64,000 nucleotides of DNA from Octopus sinensis (lineage: Eukaryota), in the NCBI RefSeq assembly GCF_006345805.1, contig NC_042998.1, positions 136,276,001 through 136,340,000 on the forward strand, read 5' to 3'. This document shows positions 37,310 to 52,199 of the stretch, in pieces (the first letter of the stretch is position 1; each line of letters starts with the position of its first letter). The translations under genes were made by a program, and so were the position numbers. Under the pieces are notes generated by a model. It saw only the letters and a list, made by a program, of their open reading frames with translations. It ran no database searches and had not been told where the DNA came from.

Positions 37310-37804
37310 ATCAGGTAGGTTACTCCAATAATAATAGTTATGAAGCTGAAAGTGTATCTTGGCTACTGGATTTGCAAGCTCCTTATCACTGGTCCATAGA
37401 TGTCCTCTTTCTTCTGTATCTTTCTAATCACATTGGTATCCAGGAGGCAGCTGATTTACTTAGCAGAAAATCTCTTTTCTTTGTGGTCCCACATAACAAT
37501 ACCAGCTGGTTGTATTTTAATTTGGTGGCTGTTTTAATTTTTAAGTTCTACCAATATTCTTTTGACCCATCAGTCTCAATATGGTCAACTTTGTCTGAAG
37601 GTGTTTTCTATTTTGTTATCCTGTTCCAGATACTTCTGGCCATTGTAGCATGCCTTGTAGGAAGATGATACCTAGAAGACATTTTCAGTTGGCATAATAG
37701 TGGTTGATGTCTTCAGTCTGGGTTTTGCAAAGCCTACATTTGTTCTCTGTCAATGTTTTCTGCCTTTTAAACTATTGGCACTTGGTGAGAATCCCTTGTT
37801 CTTG
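37310..37804 (-). mobile_element. R4/Dong-type (restriction-like endonuclease) LINE C-terminal remnant
   Basis: Across frameshifts: QEQGILTK..NKCRLCKTQTEDINH..SSRYHLPTRH..EYW*NLKIKTATKLK..IVMWDH..SCLLDTNV..KEDIYGP. This gives a zinc knuckle, an RH motif and a decayed PD..D motif typical of R2-superfamily REL domains. Confidence 0.75.
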
Positions 37805-37809
37805 ATGTG

Positions 37810-37841
<32 letters not shown>

Positions 37842-40800
37842 TGTATGTATGTATGTATGTATGTATGCATGCATGTATGCATGTGTATGTATATGTTTGT
37901 GTGTATATATGTATATGTATATTTATATCAGTATGTACATACATATATACCAACATACATGCATACATACATACATACATACATACATACATACATACAT
38001 ACATACATACATACATACATACATACATACATGCATGCAAATGTACATTTGCATGTGTGAGTGTGTGTATTCTTCTGTCTCCTTGTCTTGACATTATGTG
38101 ATTGCTTTAAATGAGTGTTATTTGTTTAATATTTTTAAGAAACAAATCTGGCCATGGAGAAATATTACCTTGTCCAGAAACAGGTGAGGGCCGATGACAG
38201 GAAGGGCATCCAGCTGTAGAAAATCTGCCTCAATAAAGAACTCTTCTGACCCATGCAAGCATGGAAAAGTGGATGTTAAAATGACAACAATGACAACAAC
38301 AACGATGACAATTTATTTTCTTCTACAGAGTGTATCCTTATAGCAGTATTCACTATCAGGCTTCTTAATCAGTACCTTCCTTTATAATATAACAATTATT
38401 CATCTTCTTCCAACAGTATTTTGCAGGTGTTAAAGTTTGATCTCAGACCAATGATTCAGTTTTTCACCCAGAGTCACCTTTAAGCCATGCACTTTACATG
38501 CCTATGAATCAATACATATTCAATTTAGCCTGGAATACACCCAAAGGTAAATGACTAGCTGACTATTATGAATCTGCACTTGATAACAATGTCTTTGTTA
38601 AGAATCTATGGAGCTATTTACATGGGCATCATCGTGCAAGGCTTTCGCATTCACTAAGCAATGAATCTTGAAGGGTAGAAATCAATATTATGACTGTAAA
38701 CCTGTAATCCATTTCATGTTCAGCACATTATTATAATATCCATCACTCTTATACTATTGTACACTTGTTAATGCATTCACATATATTTCATCTCATAATT
38801 AATGTTATTCTTGTTCACTTATTCATTCTGTTACACCTTTCCCAATCATTGCACAGAAGATATATTTCTATAATTATATAGTATGTAATACTACAACACC
38901 TGCTTCTTAATATAATGATTAACTATATTAAGGCTAGAGGTATAACTGATTAAATGAATCCTAGTACATACCAGGTACTTATTTATTGATCTAGAGGGAT
39001 TACGGCCAAAGTCAACTCTAGTGTAGTTTGAACTAAATTTATTAGTCATTACTACTGTATCTGTTATTGAATTTATTATATGTTGTTATGTGGATCAGCG
39101 GAATTTTTAGAACACCAGGAAAATATGTGTTATTGTATTTAGTCAAAGCCCTTTATATTCTGAGTTCAAATCCAACCAAGGTCAATGTAATCTTTCAGCC
39201 TTTTGAGGTCAATAATATAGAATACCGATAAGGTTCTGAAGCTGATTTTATCAACTGTTCACTCCCAACAAAATTTCTGGTCATGTGGCTGTGTAAGAAG
39301 TCATCATTATATATTATAAGGGGGCAAACTGGCAGAATTGTTAGTTTATTGGGCAAAATTCTCTGTGGTATTTGTTTCAGCTCTTTATGTTCTGAGTTCA
39401 AATCTCACCAAGATCAACTTTGCCTCTGAGCTTTGTAAAATAAAATACTTGCCAAGCACTGGGATCGATATAATCAAATTGCCTCTCCCCTGAAAGTTAC
39501 TGGCCACATACCAAAATTTGAAACCAATTTTATATATTATTCTTTAAGCCGTTAGCATTCTGATTATTCCATCCAATGAAATGCTTATTTATTCACATTA
39601 CTTTGAATTAATCATGCATTATCTTGCAGCTTTGAGATTTTGAAGTTGTAATTGCTCATTTGAAGAATAACATTGTCACGAAGGTGTGAGAGGCTCTAGC
39701 TGGTCAGGTTTTTTTTTACCATAAAACAGGTAGAATATTTGAGCAGGATATGGCCAGTTTAAATACTAAAGGGTTAAGGTGGTAAATGACAACATCAGTA
39801 GGACAACAGTTTAAATACTTTGAAATGTTTAATTACTTTCTTGTACACTCTGAGTTTCAAACTCCACTGGGGTTAAATTTGTGTCTCTTCCATCCAAGCT
39901 CAATAGAATTAGTACCAATCAAGTACTAGTACTGGTTTAATCAAATACACAAAATGTTTGACTTGTACAAACATCAATCATTACCATGTTTATTGACATG
40001 TTAATATATCTCAAATTTTTAATATGTTATTCTATTCAAAGGCGGTGAACAGGCAGAACCATTATCAAGCCAGGGAAAATGCTTAGTGGCATTTCATCCA
40101 CCTTTACATTCTCAGTTCAAATTTTGCCAAGGTTGACTTTGCCTGTCATCCTTTCAAGTTTGATAAGAAAAATTACCTGTTATGCACTGGGGTCAATGTA
40201 ATTGATTTATCCACTTCCTCGAAATTACTAATCTTGTACCAACATTTGAAATCAATATAATGTTCTATTCTTTTTCTATTTCATTGGTCATAGTAAATGG
40301 ACTGTGGCCATATTGAGGCACTTCATCCAATGGTTTTTAATTGATTGTATTGCCCTAAGTACTTTGGCTTGCATGTCATTTATCAGTCAACTTCGGAGAG
40401 AAATGCAATGTTGACCTTGGCAAAATGGGCTTAATTACAGCAGAACAGAAACCAGAAAGTAATTTTGTTTGATACACAATAATCATTGTTTTATATGAGT
40501 GTATGTAATTGTGAGCATGTGTGTGCATGTGTAATTGTGTGTGTAATTATGTATTGTGTGTGTGTGTGTTTGTGTCTTTGTGCTTGTGTTTGTTCTCACA
40601 ACTATTTGATAACCAGAGCTGGTTTGTTTATGCCACCGTAACTTAGCAGTTCAGTAAAAGAGACTGATAGAATAAATACAAGAAATTTAAAAAGTACTGG
40701 TGTCTATTTGTTTGACTAAGTCCTTCAAGGCTGCAGTGCAATGAATGAAATAATTAAAAGGTAAAAGGTAAAAAGTATGTATGGGGTTGAAACACCTAAT

Positions 40801-42039
40801 CCTCATTGGATATTGTCTGATAACATAAATTCTTCCTGGTCAAAGCTACATTCAGTAAAGGTGAATTACAAGTGATTTGATCTAACATTGTAGGTTGAAA
40901 CTAAAACAATTACTGTATAAACATTCATATACATATTAACCATTCAAAAACACACAAAGATTGTTAACTTCATTTAAACATTTATCATTATTTATTTGGT
41001 GACAAAAGTTTTCTTGCACAAACCATGGGGCACATGCACACACATACTTGCCCACATGTGCACACACATGCATGCAAACATACACATATTCACATACTTC
41101 TTTCTTTTTCTGTCACTCTTTCTTTCTCTGTCACCCTCTCCTTATCTGTTTATTTGTATTTGCTTCATAAATACGTATTTAAATGGATGTTCTGAAAATT
41201 TAGGAACCAAATAATCATTTTTATTCACTTTAATTTTTTTGGCAATTTTTAACTGTAATTATTCATAAATATTCTATCTGTTTTATGTTCAAACTGGTCA
41301 GATCTGGCCTCTTATACCAACCCTACAATATCATTCTAAAAATTACCTCATCAAAATCTCAAAGTTACAAAATAATGCATGATGAATCCAAAACATGTGA
41401 ATAAAAAAGCTTTACTTTTCATGTAACAATGTGAATGCAAAAAAGATTTAAAGTAACATTTCTTTTTCAACTTTTTTGACTACATTTTTGAAGGAAAACT
41501 GAAACATACATAAAAACATTGTAAGACAAAAATTATCTTATTTAGCCTTAGCTAAATAAGATAATTGCTGCTCACACAGCTGCTGGCTAAAACAGCCCTA
41601 AGGTCTAGATTTTCACCTTTCATAGCTATTATTCTAACTATCATGTGATATATATATACTGGACTAAAGCTTTGCAATGACCTTCCCATGTGACTGTCAC
41701 ATGACCATCCTCAACAAATCAATCTTAACATTAACTGTTATTAATTTGAGCCACATTTTGTGTATAAAAACAAACGAATTTTAGAACAAGGTCCATAGAA
41801 GATACAGTTTGCAGCATAATTTCCCATTCCTCATAATATACACTTTTGAAAGTTGCCAAATGTGAAACCAGTTAAGGATAATTATTTAAAAATTTAAATA
41901 ACTCTTCACATATTCTTTTGACATTTCAACTTCATTTATTTTGTATAAATACATACATACATACATACATGGATGTATAGATGAATGGATGGATGAATGG
42001 ATGCATTATGTGTGTATATGCACACATATATACATATAT

Positions 42040-42660
42040 CATCAGCATCATCGTTTAACGTCTGCTTTCCATGCTAGCATGGGTTGGACGATTTGACTGA
42101 GGACTGGTAAACCAGATGGCTGCACCAGGCTCCAGTCTGATCTGACAGAGTTTCTGCAGCTAGATGCCCTTCCTAATGCCAACTACTCCAAGAGTGTAGT
42201 GGGTGCTTTTACGTGCCACTGGCATGAGGGCGAGTCAGGCAGTGCTGGCAATGGTGTTTTTTATGTGCCACCTGCACAGGAGCCAGTCCAGAAGCACTGG
42301 CAACGACCTTGCTCGAATGTTTTTCATGTGCCAGTAAGGCGATGCTGGTAATGATCATGCTTGAAAGGTGCTTTTTACATGTCACCAGCACGGAAGCTTG
42401 TTAGCTGCTCTGGCAATGATCATGCTCTGATGATGCTCTTAGCGCTCCATTAGCATGGATGCCAGTCATCGAATTTGATTTCGATTTCACTTGCCTCAAC
42501 AGGTCGTTGCAAGCAGAGTTTAGTGTCCAATGAAGGAAAGGTATGCATAAGTGGGCTGGTTACACCCCTGGCATAGGCTACAAGGTTATGGTCTCACTTG
42601 GTTTGCCAGGTCTTCTCAAGCACAGCATGTTTCCAATATTCTCAGGTCACTCTATCTTTA
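42040..42660 (-). mobile_element. RTE-associated LINE/SINE 3' region with internal degenerate minisatellite; its tail recurs widely (about 0.35, 4.15, 5.0, 25.0, 38.2, 46.0, 53.6, 57.5 kb)
   Basis: Recurrent (CAT)n-CGTTTAACGTC.GCTTTCCATGCTAGCATGGGTTGGA..CAGCTGGATGCCCTTCCTAATGCCAAC and repeated GGTGCTTTTA.GTGCCAC units. Confidence 0.65.
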
Positions 42661-45600
42661 TTTGTAGAACTTTTGTGTGTTTTCATCAATGTCCAGGTAT
42701 TTGTAGCATATGTTTGTATTTATGTGCATATGTATGCATGTGTGCATGTATGTAAGTATGTTCATATATGCATGTGTGTGTGTTTACACCTCTAACATGT
42801 TAGTGAATTAAAGACAAAGAAAGGGAAACTGTCTATATAATTACTTGACCTGTTTGAATCCAGCTGTGATATCTCTTACAGCAAACTTTCCTGCTGTCAA
42901 ACTGACAGCTGGCCATATACCTAAGAACATCATAATCTGTTCTCCAAAGAGACATTAAGCAGTTAAATTGATCATTAGATTGTGATGGGATTAAATTAGA
43001 AATGAGATTATTGAATTAATTAATTAATTTTTTTTTTTTTTTGCAAGATATTAGATATTTTTTTATAAATTTGTCTTTGTAGATACACATACACAAAGAA
43101 TGACATACATATGCCTGCAAATGTACATGCATGGAATTTATACTTGCATAAAGGAATTTATATATGCATAAATACATAAATGTGTGTGTGTATGTGTGTA
43201 TGTGCAAGTTGGTGCCATGCCCAGACAGCATATTTTGCAGCATTTCTGAGTTCAAATTTCCCTAAGGTCGACTTTGCCTTTCATTTTTTTTTTTGGATTC
43301 AATAAATTAAAGTACCAGTTGAAAGCTAGGGGTTGATGTAACTGACTTAACCTTCACCTGGAATTACTGGCCTTGTGCCAAAATTTGAAACCACCAAAAC
43401 CACCAATATCACCACGGCCACCACCATGACCATGACCATGATCACCACCATCACCACCATCACCACCACCACCATTATCGTCGTTGTCATTGTCATCATT
43501 ACAATAATACTTGAAATAAGATGAAAGGTTAAGCTGTTCTGTGCAGGAGTTAAATTAAGAACTGTAAGCTATGAATCTAATCCAGGACCCAGCCACAAAT
43601 GTCCGTTGTTGATAGACTGTTATGGGTATTACTGAAGTAAGTGGAAAAATATATAAGAGAAGCTTAAAAAAAGAAGACACATAGATATTGAATAGCCTTA
43701 ACCTGTTTCTGAGAAGTTACTAGATTTTGAGTGTGTATGTACATAGCTAATTAAGATACCTAATTTTTTTTTTCCACACCTTAGAAACATCTTGACAACC
43801 TGTAAAACTAGTAGTTCAATAATTGATTAACAGTAGTATTAGTGTTGTTTCAATGAACATTGCTATTGTTACTGTTCCTGATGCTGCTACTGATGCTGTT
43901 TTGCTTTTAGCCATTTTCTATGGAGCCAGTCATATTGATTCCTTTTGACTAAGTAGAAGGACAGAGAGATATAAAATGAGGCCTGTCTCAAGCCTACAGG
44001 CCTATTTGTGGAAGCATGTAGCTTAGTGGTTAAGGTGCTGGGCTCGTGATTGTAAAATTGTAGTTTCGATTCTTTAACCAAGTGACATGTTGTGTTCTTG
44101 AACAAAACACTTCATTTCTCATTGCTCCAGTTCACTCAGCAGGCAAAAATTAGTAATCCTGTGACAGACAGCATCCCGTCCAGGTGAGGATTTTATACAC
44201 TATGGAAACCAGTAAACCAGACCTTATGAGTCAGCATGACTCAAAAAGGTAACTTTACTTTACCACAGACCCATTAACACTTTATCATTCAGATTACTCT
44301 GTCAGATTTAATACTTTTTAATTCACATAGTTTTGAATTAATCCTGCAATATCTTGCAACTTTCAGATTTTTAAGACGTGATTGTATATTTTTAGAATGA
44401 CATTGTAGGGAAGGTGTATCAGGCCAGATTTTGACAGTTTGAACATAAAATGGGTAGAATATTTGGGCCAGATATGGCCAGTTTAAATGCTCTCCCATTT
44501 TCCATATGTTTTAAGTGACTGACTATACAAGAGAACACCAGTCTGTCACAAGAGTTGACCTGACTCCCAGCACTGCCTGACTCCCAGCTGCCATTGGTAT
44601 TAATTTTCAGTTGAGTGCAGCAAAAAAATATGTTAGAAAAATGTTAGTTACCATATTTGATGACATAAATGACATACAGGCATATTAGAAACACTCAAAC
44701 TTCAGCAACGTATATTCAGGAAAAATGGTTTTTAGTGCATTAAAGCATGTAATATTGACCCAATTTTGCATATAAGGCCCCAATGATTTTTTGAGACATT
44801 TTTTTGAAAATAAATGCATCTTATATGCTATCAAATACAGAAATTTCAAAGTTGAAGTCTATCTTGAGCTTATAGGCTCATTAAACCAGAGCTTGTTCTG
44901 GTTTCCTTGGTGTTTTAAACAACTGAGAGCATAAGCTTCCCACTGAATGGGAGACACATATGCTTTCCACTGAATGGCGGAGTGGTTCATTACAAGGTTA
45001 AGTTCTAGCTTCTACCTCTACTACTCATTTTCAACTGAGTGTGCTGGAGTGATATGAAAAGAAGTGCAATTCTCTAAGACACAATGCCGTGCCTGATTCA
45101 AAAATCAAACCCATGCTCTAATGATCATGATTCAAGCAGCCTAACCACTTGGCCTCCATGGTAGTCAACTTAACCAGTAACAACTTTTTTTTATTGGAAC
45201 TTAACTCTCACTGCACTGCTTAAATTTTTGCTGGAGATGTAACATGTTGTCATCATCATCATCATTTAGTAGATGTTTCCGTTCATTTCCTTATGCTGGC
45301 TTGTAAAAAGTCCAATGTAAATGTCGGGTGAGTGGAATTTGATAAGTATTTTTGATAACTTTTTGCAAAGAATCAGAATGACAAGAATGTGTATAAGACA
45401 GGATTTGTAGTTGATAAGTAAAAGAGAAAGTACATTAATGGGTTGGTAGATGTGTTGATTAATAAAATAAGATATAATAAATGAATATGAACTGTAGAGC
45501 AAAGTTGTTAAATTCTGCTGCAGCATGGATGCTATTCTTTAATCTTGAAGGCATGGAGAACTGCAAACATCATCATGGTGGCGACGGCAGCAGGTGCAGC

Positions 45601-45861
45601 AGCAGCAGTAGTAGTAGTAGTGATGATGGTAATATTGGTAGTGGTGGTGGCGGTGGTGGTGGTTAGGAGAAGTAGGAAGAGGGGTGGAGGAGGAATAGAA
45701 AGCTGGCAAAGATTATCATTATTTACAGAAGAAATAATAGCAGAAGCTGCAGTAGTCAAAGCACAAACATCTTTTATTTACAATTTTCTAAAGAATATCT
45801 TAAACATAATACACAAACAGACATAACTGACTTATTATGTTGGATATGTACATGTACATGA

Positions 45862-45893
<32 letters not shown>

Positions 45894-46520
45894 GTATGTA
45901 AAAATTCTTACAAATGTACATATTCAAATACATACTCAAGATTATAAAGATATATATATATATATATATATATATTGGCGTTAGGAAGGGCATTCAGCTG
46001 TAGAAACACTGCCAGATCAGACTGGAGCCTGGTGTAGCCTCCTGGCTTTCCAAACCCCGGTCGAACCGTCCAACCCATGCTAGCATGGAAAACAGACGTT
46101 AAATGATGATGATGATGATGATATGATGTGGAGGCGCAATGGCCCAGTGGTTAGGGTAGTGGACTCACGGTCGTAGGATCGCGGTTTCGATTCCCAGAAT
46201 GGGTATTGTGAGTGTTTATTGAGCAAAAACACCTAAAGCTCAATGAGGCTCTAGCAGTGGGTATTGGCGATCCCTGCTGTACTCTTTCGCCACAACTTTC
46301 TCTCACTCTTTCTTCTGTTGGCCTGCTCGCTTAGCCAGCAAGGTGGCATCATTTGAAGGCTAAAACAATGCGAAGCACATTGTGACCATATAAATCTTGA
46401 TATTTTTATGATCATATAAATCTTGATATTTTTCCTATGTAAATGGAATAAAAATATTTAGCTTAGCTTTTATCTAGTAGAATTTCAATACTTACCATTA
46501 TCATATAATGCACACACATA

Positions 46521-46738
46521 CGAGGGAGTGCTGAAAAAGTTCCTGGCTTTGGGTAAAAGAAAAACACAGAAGGATCAGTTAATTATGATTTTATTCAACA
46601 TATTTCCCTCTCAGATTCACACACTTATTGCAGTAGTCCTTCAGTTTTCTAAGCCCTGTAAAACAACTTGGAAGGTTGGGCTTCCAACCAGTCCTTTCAC
46701 AATACCCTTAAAACCAGGAATTTTTCAGCACCCCCTTG
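46521..46738. mobile_element. mariner-type MITE, 218 bp, TA TSD
   Basis: TA|CGAGGGAGTGCTGAAAAAGTTCCTGG ... CCAGGAATTTTTCAGCACCCCCTTG|TA. Confidence 0.85.
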
Positions 46739-47405
46739 TATGTGTGTGTGTGTGTGTGTGTGTATTTATATATATCTAGGCAGTTTTTAACTTTTCCTAT
46801 CAAAGCGGTGAGCTGGCAGAATCGTTAGCACGCAGGGCAGAATGATTAGCGGCATTTCGCGCATCTTTATGTTGTGAGTTCAAATTCTGCCGAGGTCAAC
46901 TTTGCCTTTCATTCTTTCAGGGTTGATAAATTAAGTACCAGTTGCATACTGGTCCCCTCCCACAAAATTTCAAGCCTTGTGCCTAGAGGAGAAAAGAATA
47001 TTTACATGCTATTATTTATAACTGCGTTTGTTTTAATATCCTCCATTTCCCTATTAAAAAATTTATACATAAATATATGTATATATATATGTGTGTGTGT
47101 GTGTGTGTATACATATATAAATATATTTAAAACTAAATCTATATATATGTGTATGTGTATGTATCTTTATATATATTTATATAAAACTTTAGTATAATAT
47201 TATATTGATTTGACAGGGCTCATCTCAGGTTTCACCTTTAAAGGCTTATTCAATCAAACTGCTTAGATAAACCATTAAGGGAGAAACCTGAGGTCTCAGT
47301 CAGATCAATATTATCAAAAAATTTCAGACTCCACTATCAGTAAATGTGTAAATGGTTTAATGTTTTCCACAAGTTAATTGACCAGGCTAAATAATATATA
47401 CTCAC

Positions 47406-47439
<34 letters not shown>

Positions 47440-47629
47440 CAGGAAAAAACACTCCTTAGGTCATTAAGTCATCATCATGTGGTTTATTTTCATAAAGCAT
47501 GTGAAGGGCAGGTTAACCTAACTGAGAAACCATCAATGTCTAGAAGTTATTGATTATTGTTGGAGACTGCATATAAAGACGAGTGTAAAAGAAATGAAAT
47601 GATTACACATATTCACACACTTAGCACAT

Positions 47630-47660
<31 letters not shown>

Positions 47661-49521
47661 CATGTTTGTGTGTCTGTGCCTGTGTGTGTCTGTGTGTCTA
47701 CCTGTATGGCAGTGCATGTGACTGTATTTGTATAAATGTTGGTTAATCTTTTTATTATAATCATAAAGTCACAAAAGCATATCCTTAACTCTGCTAACTA
47801 CTTGTCCCAAGCAGAGATAAATCACAAACCACATAGCAAATCAAAAGCTAAGCTATGTCACGTTATTTTCTTAGAAGACACTGTTGCTATAACTCCCAGC
47901 TGAGTTAAACCAACCAATTAGAATTATGGTGTCTCACACAGAGATGCTCTGAATCGTGGGATGAAATAAAACACAAGATTGGTAGACCAATAGCTTATCA
48001 ACTTACCAATTTACAGACAAAAATAATGGCTCTACCAACATCACAATCACTAACAAAGGGAAAATTTTTACATCATTACTCAATTTGCAAGAAAAGGCAG
48101 TGAAATTGCCTTCAAACTAAACCCTATTATCTAAACCCTATTATCATAAAAACTAGTGGTAGTGGTGATCGTTGTTGTTGTGGTAGCAGCAGTAGTAGCC
48201 ATAACAGTAGTGACTATGATAGTGATTTCAAAATTTGACACATGATATGAGGCCAAAAATTTACAAAAGGTTTTAAGTCTGTTCACTTAACACAAATTAC
48301 TTGTATTGTTTTTCTATTTCATTGACCATAGAAAAATTGACCAACAAAGCTGAAGTTAGTAAACTTTGAACTTGAAAGATAAATTCTAACCCACTTCTTT
48401 TTTTGACATTCTACCAGAGAAGAAGTAGACCTGTTTCAAGAACTTGGAATGCGCCATATTCTGTGTTTTAGTAAAATAATTGTACAGCATCTTCTACTGT
48501 ACCCATAGGATAACCGAAGCTTTGTCATTTAATTTAGACAATTTGTTAGTCAGATTAGAATGTTGCAGGAAAGAATAGCAAGACCAATTCTTTGATCTGA
48601 GCCAATTGACAAGAGACCTAGGAGTAAACCAAGAATGTTTATATATATAATTCAATACAAGGAAAAACAGTTTCTTTTATAGGGGTGGAAAATATCCAAT
48701 TTTCCATTTGTTTTTCAGTAAATACCCAATATAGCAGAGAAACACTTTTCACAACTTAACAGCTGGATGCCCTTCCAAACACCAACCACTTTACAGTGTG
48801 GACTGGGTGCTTTTCAGTGGTACCTGCACTGACAGGGTCACTAAGTACTTGCAGGACAAAAACTTTTAAGAGGGGAGGAGGTGATGATGGAAAGGTTATA
48901 GTGAGACAGATATAGGTGTTTTGCTGAAGAGGATGTACAAGGTTACCCAGCCAGAGAGAGAAAGATCAGAGATGGAGACAGAAACAGGTGTGCTACCGCA
49001 AAGGAAATACATGGTAGCCCAGCCTGAGGGAAGTGCAGGAGAAGGGAGAGAGAGAGAGAGAGAGAGAGAATGGGAGACCACAGAATGGAGATGGTGGCAA
49101 AATGCCAGGCATGCTCACAAGGAATGGGGATCAGAGTATAAATGAAATTGTTGAGTAAAAGAAGAGAGAGATATAGATAGTGGCAAGTGCCAGGGCATAC
49201 ACTTGGAGTTCAAATGCCATAATATAAGTGACAGAATATTGTGGGGTATGGTTGTGTGTGTGTGTGTACATGAATAAGTGTGTGTGTGTGTATGCATGTG
49301 TGTGTATGCGTGTGTGTGTATGCGTGTGTGTGTGTGCGTGTGTGTATGTGTTTGTGAGTGTGTGTTCATTAAAATATGATAGTTAAATATTACTACTTAT
49401 GAGTGAAATTTAGTATGAGTCTGGCAAAGATAATCAACAGATGAATTTTGAAAGAATTGTATTTGAATGATGGCCATTTGTATATATCATCTTCACCACA
49501 CCCGAAACCACCACCACTTCT

Positions 49522-49553
<32 letters not shown>

Positions 49554-50574
49554 TTTTATGTCATCTTTCCATCTTGGCAGAGATTTAATATAACATATCC
49601 TGGACAAATCATCAATGCCCAAATCACTTCCTGTTGGGAGTCACTACTCCCAAAGACTAGGTGCTCATACATGTCTTTGGCATGGTTTCTATACTTGGAT
49701 GCCCTTCCTAATGCCACCTACTTTACAGATTGTTCTGGATATATTTTTGTATGACAGTAGCACTGGGGGGGGGGGTAAACAGTCCTTGGTAAGCCTGGAC
49801 AAGAGAAACTTCAAACCTTACATTTACTCTGCTCATTAAACCAACCATTTCACCTATGGTGAAATGGGACCTTGTACACAGTAAATGTAAATTTGGGAGA
49901 GAGAACAATGATAAAAGAAAGACCAGAAATGAGTACTTAAGAGGTGGAGATAGGGGAGTAAATGAAGGCGAAGAAAGTATTCAATGAACGAGGGTAAGTT
50001 TATTTGTATAGGTGACCAAGGTTCAGCAAAAGAGACCGATAGAAAAAGTACCAAGTTTAAAAAAAAGTTAAATAAATAAGTACTGAGGTCAAACTGTTTG
50101 ACTAAAAATTCTTTAAGGCAGTGACTCAGCATAGCTGCAGTCAAATGAAACAGATATAAGATAAAATATGCTTGTGTGTGCGTGTGTGTGTATGTGCATC
50201 TACATATATATATATGTGCATCTACATATATATATGTGCATCTACATATACATATATACATACATGCATATACATATGTATATTTCTGTGACTATTTAAG
50301 CGTACATTAATGCATATATCAGTACAGGCAAGTTGGGTGGGGGGTTTGTTGGTTTCTGTATGAATAGTTAGAGGGATGTTTGCATTATTTCTGACTTGGT
50401 TCACCTCCAACTCAGATCATTAGTTCATCTCTCAGCTGCTCTCTTCATGCCAAATAAAAAGCAAAAAGCTTTGATGCTACATTTTTAAAAAGTCCGTTTT
50501 GATGGTAGTCATCCTTGTGTGAAACTGGCCAAGATCACACACAGCCACATATACACACACGTCTGTGTATGTAT

Positions 50575-50697
<123 letters not shown>

Positions 50698-50829
50698 TAT
50701 ATACATACATACATATAATTTGTACATGTTGCACATGTACATGTATATGCATATATATATGTATATATATTTATATATATAAGTGTGTGTATGTGTATAT
50801 ATATATATATATATATGCATGTATATATG

Positions 50830-50866
<37 letters not shown>

Positions 50867-50942
50867 TTAAAGATAAAAATCACTTTAATGATTTTATCAA
50901 GTGGCCAGTGGGAAATAAAAACCTTGTAGGTAATATTTTATA

Positions 50943-51222
50943 TATGCTAGAAATAGATACCAAATGGCTCTAAAAGTTACCTCACTACTCCATTAGCACA
51001 GGTTGTAATTGGGTAGGTGAAAAAATAAATAAGATATTTAGATCAAGTGTATATCGAACAATTTCATAATGCAAGGTGTTTTCATAATGCTAAGTTTGAA
51101 ATCATTCGATATACAATTGATCTAAAAGGTTTTTATATATTTTTTCAACTGCCTGATTACAACATGTGCTAATGGAGCAGTGAGGTGGTTTTTAGAGCCA
51201 TTTGGCATCTATTTCTATCATG
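50943..51222. mobile_element. Foldback MITE, 280 bp, about 117-bp diverged arms, TA-flanked
   Basis: ATGCTAGAAATAGATACCAAATGGCTCTAAAA..TTAGATCAAGTGTATATCGAA vs the reverse complement of 51106-51222; short spacer with TTTCATAATGC twice. Confidence 0.85.
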
Positions 51223-51306
51223 TAGTTGTGGTAAATCAACACCCTTTAATATAATTATCTATATAATTATAAATTAGTATATATGTATATATATATGTAT
51301 ATATAT

Positions 51307-51356
<50 letters not shown>

Positions 51357-51390
51357 CATATATATATATTATATATATATATATATATAT

Positions 51391-51437
<47 letters not shown>

Positions 51438-51480
51438 TATGTCTCTGTAAATAGAATATGTGACAATTATTCGGTAGCCA

Positions 51481-51543
51481 TGATAAAACTCTGAGTTTCA
51501 GATGTTGGGGCGGAAACCCATGGCAGCATCTCTTCAGTTATCA
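51481..51543 (-). ncRNA. Type I hammerhead ribozyme motif in a Penelope-type tail (51440-51670)
   Basis: TGATAA-CTGAAGA-GATG..CATC-T-GAAA-CTCAGAGT-T-TTATCA: 6-bp stem I, intact core, stem III ACTC(A)GAGT, one extra U before GAAA, weak GUU triplet; predicted cut between 51487 and 51486. Confidence 0.7.
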
Positions 51544-51863
51544 GGCCATCGAAAAAATGCTATGAAAATTACCATTAAAACAAAGGGCAATTACTGTGTC
51601 ATTGACCGTTATTAAGACAGAAGAGCTATTAGAATGACTGCTAAGTAAGGGGAAGGAGTAAAGGTAAGAGAGTAAAAATGTTCATAGTAATTGCTTAAGC
51701 ACGCATATCCATACATATACATTCATGCCCGCACCCCCACATATATGCACCTTTATGTATATACTCATCCACCCTCACTTGAAACACACACATGCTCACC
51801 CACACATTTGCCAAAAATATATACATACTCACATACATGCTCGCACACGCACACACACACAAA

Positions 51864-51909
<46 letters not shown>

Positions 51910-51959
51910 ATATATATACATACACATGCATATATACATAACGTATATATCATACATAC

Positions 51960-51991
<32 letters not shown>

Positions 51992-52133
51992 GATTATATA
52001 TACTATTTATCCTGCCGAACATTTTGGAGTGTACTCGTCAAAACATATGTAGAGGACTTCAGATATAAATAGATTAACAACATCTTGAGCATTTATCTCC
52101 TTTATATATATATTTATTTATATATATATATAT

Positions 52134-52170
<37 letters not shown>

Positions 52171-52199
52171 TTTGTTGTGTATATATATATATATGTATA

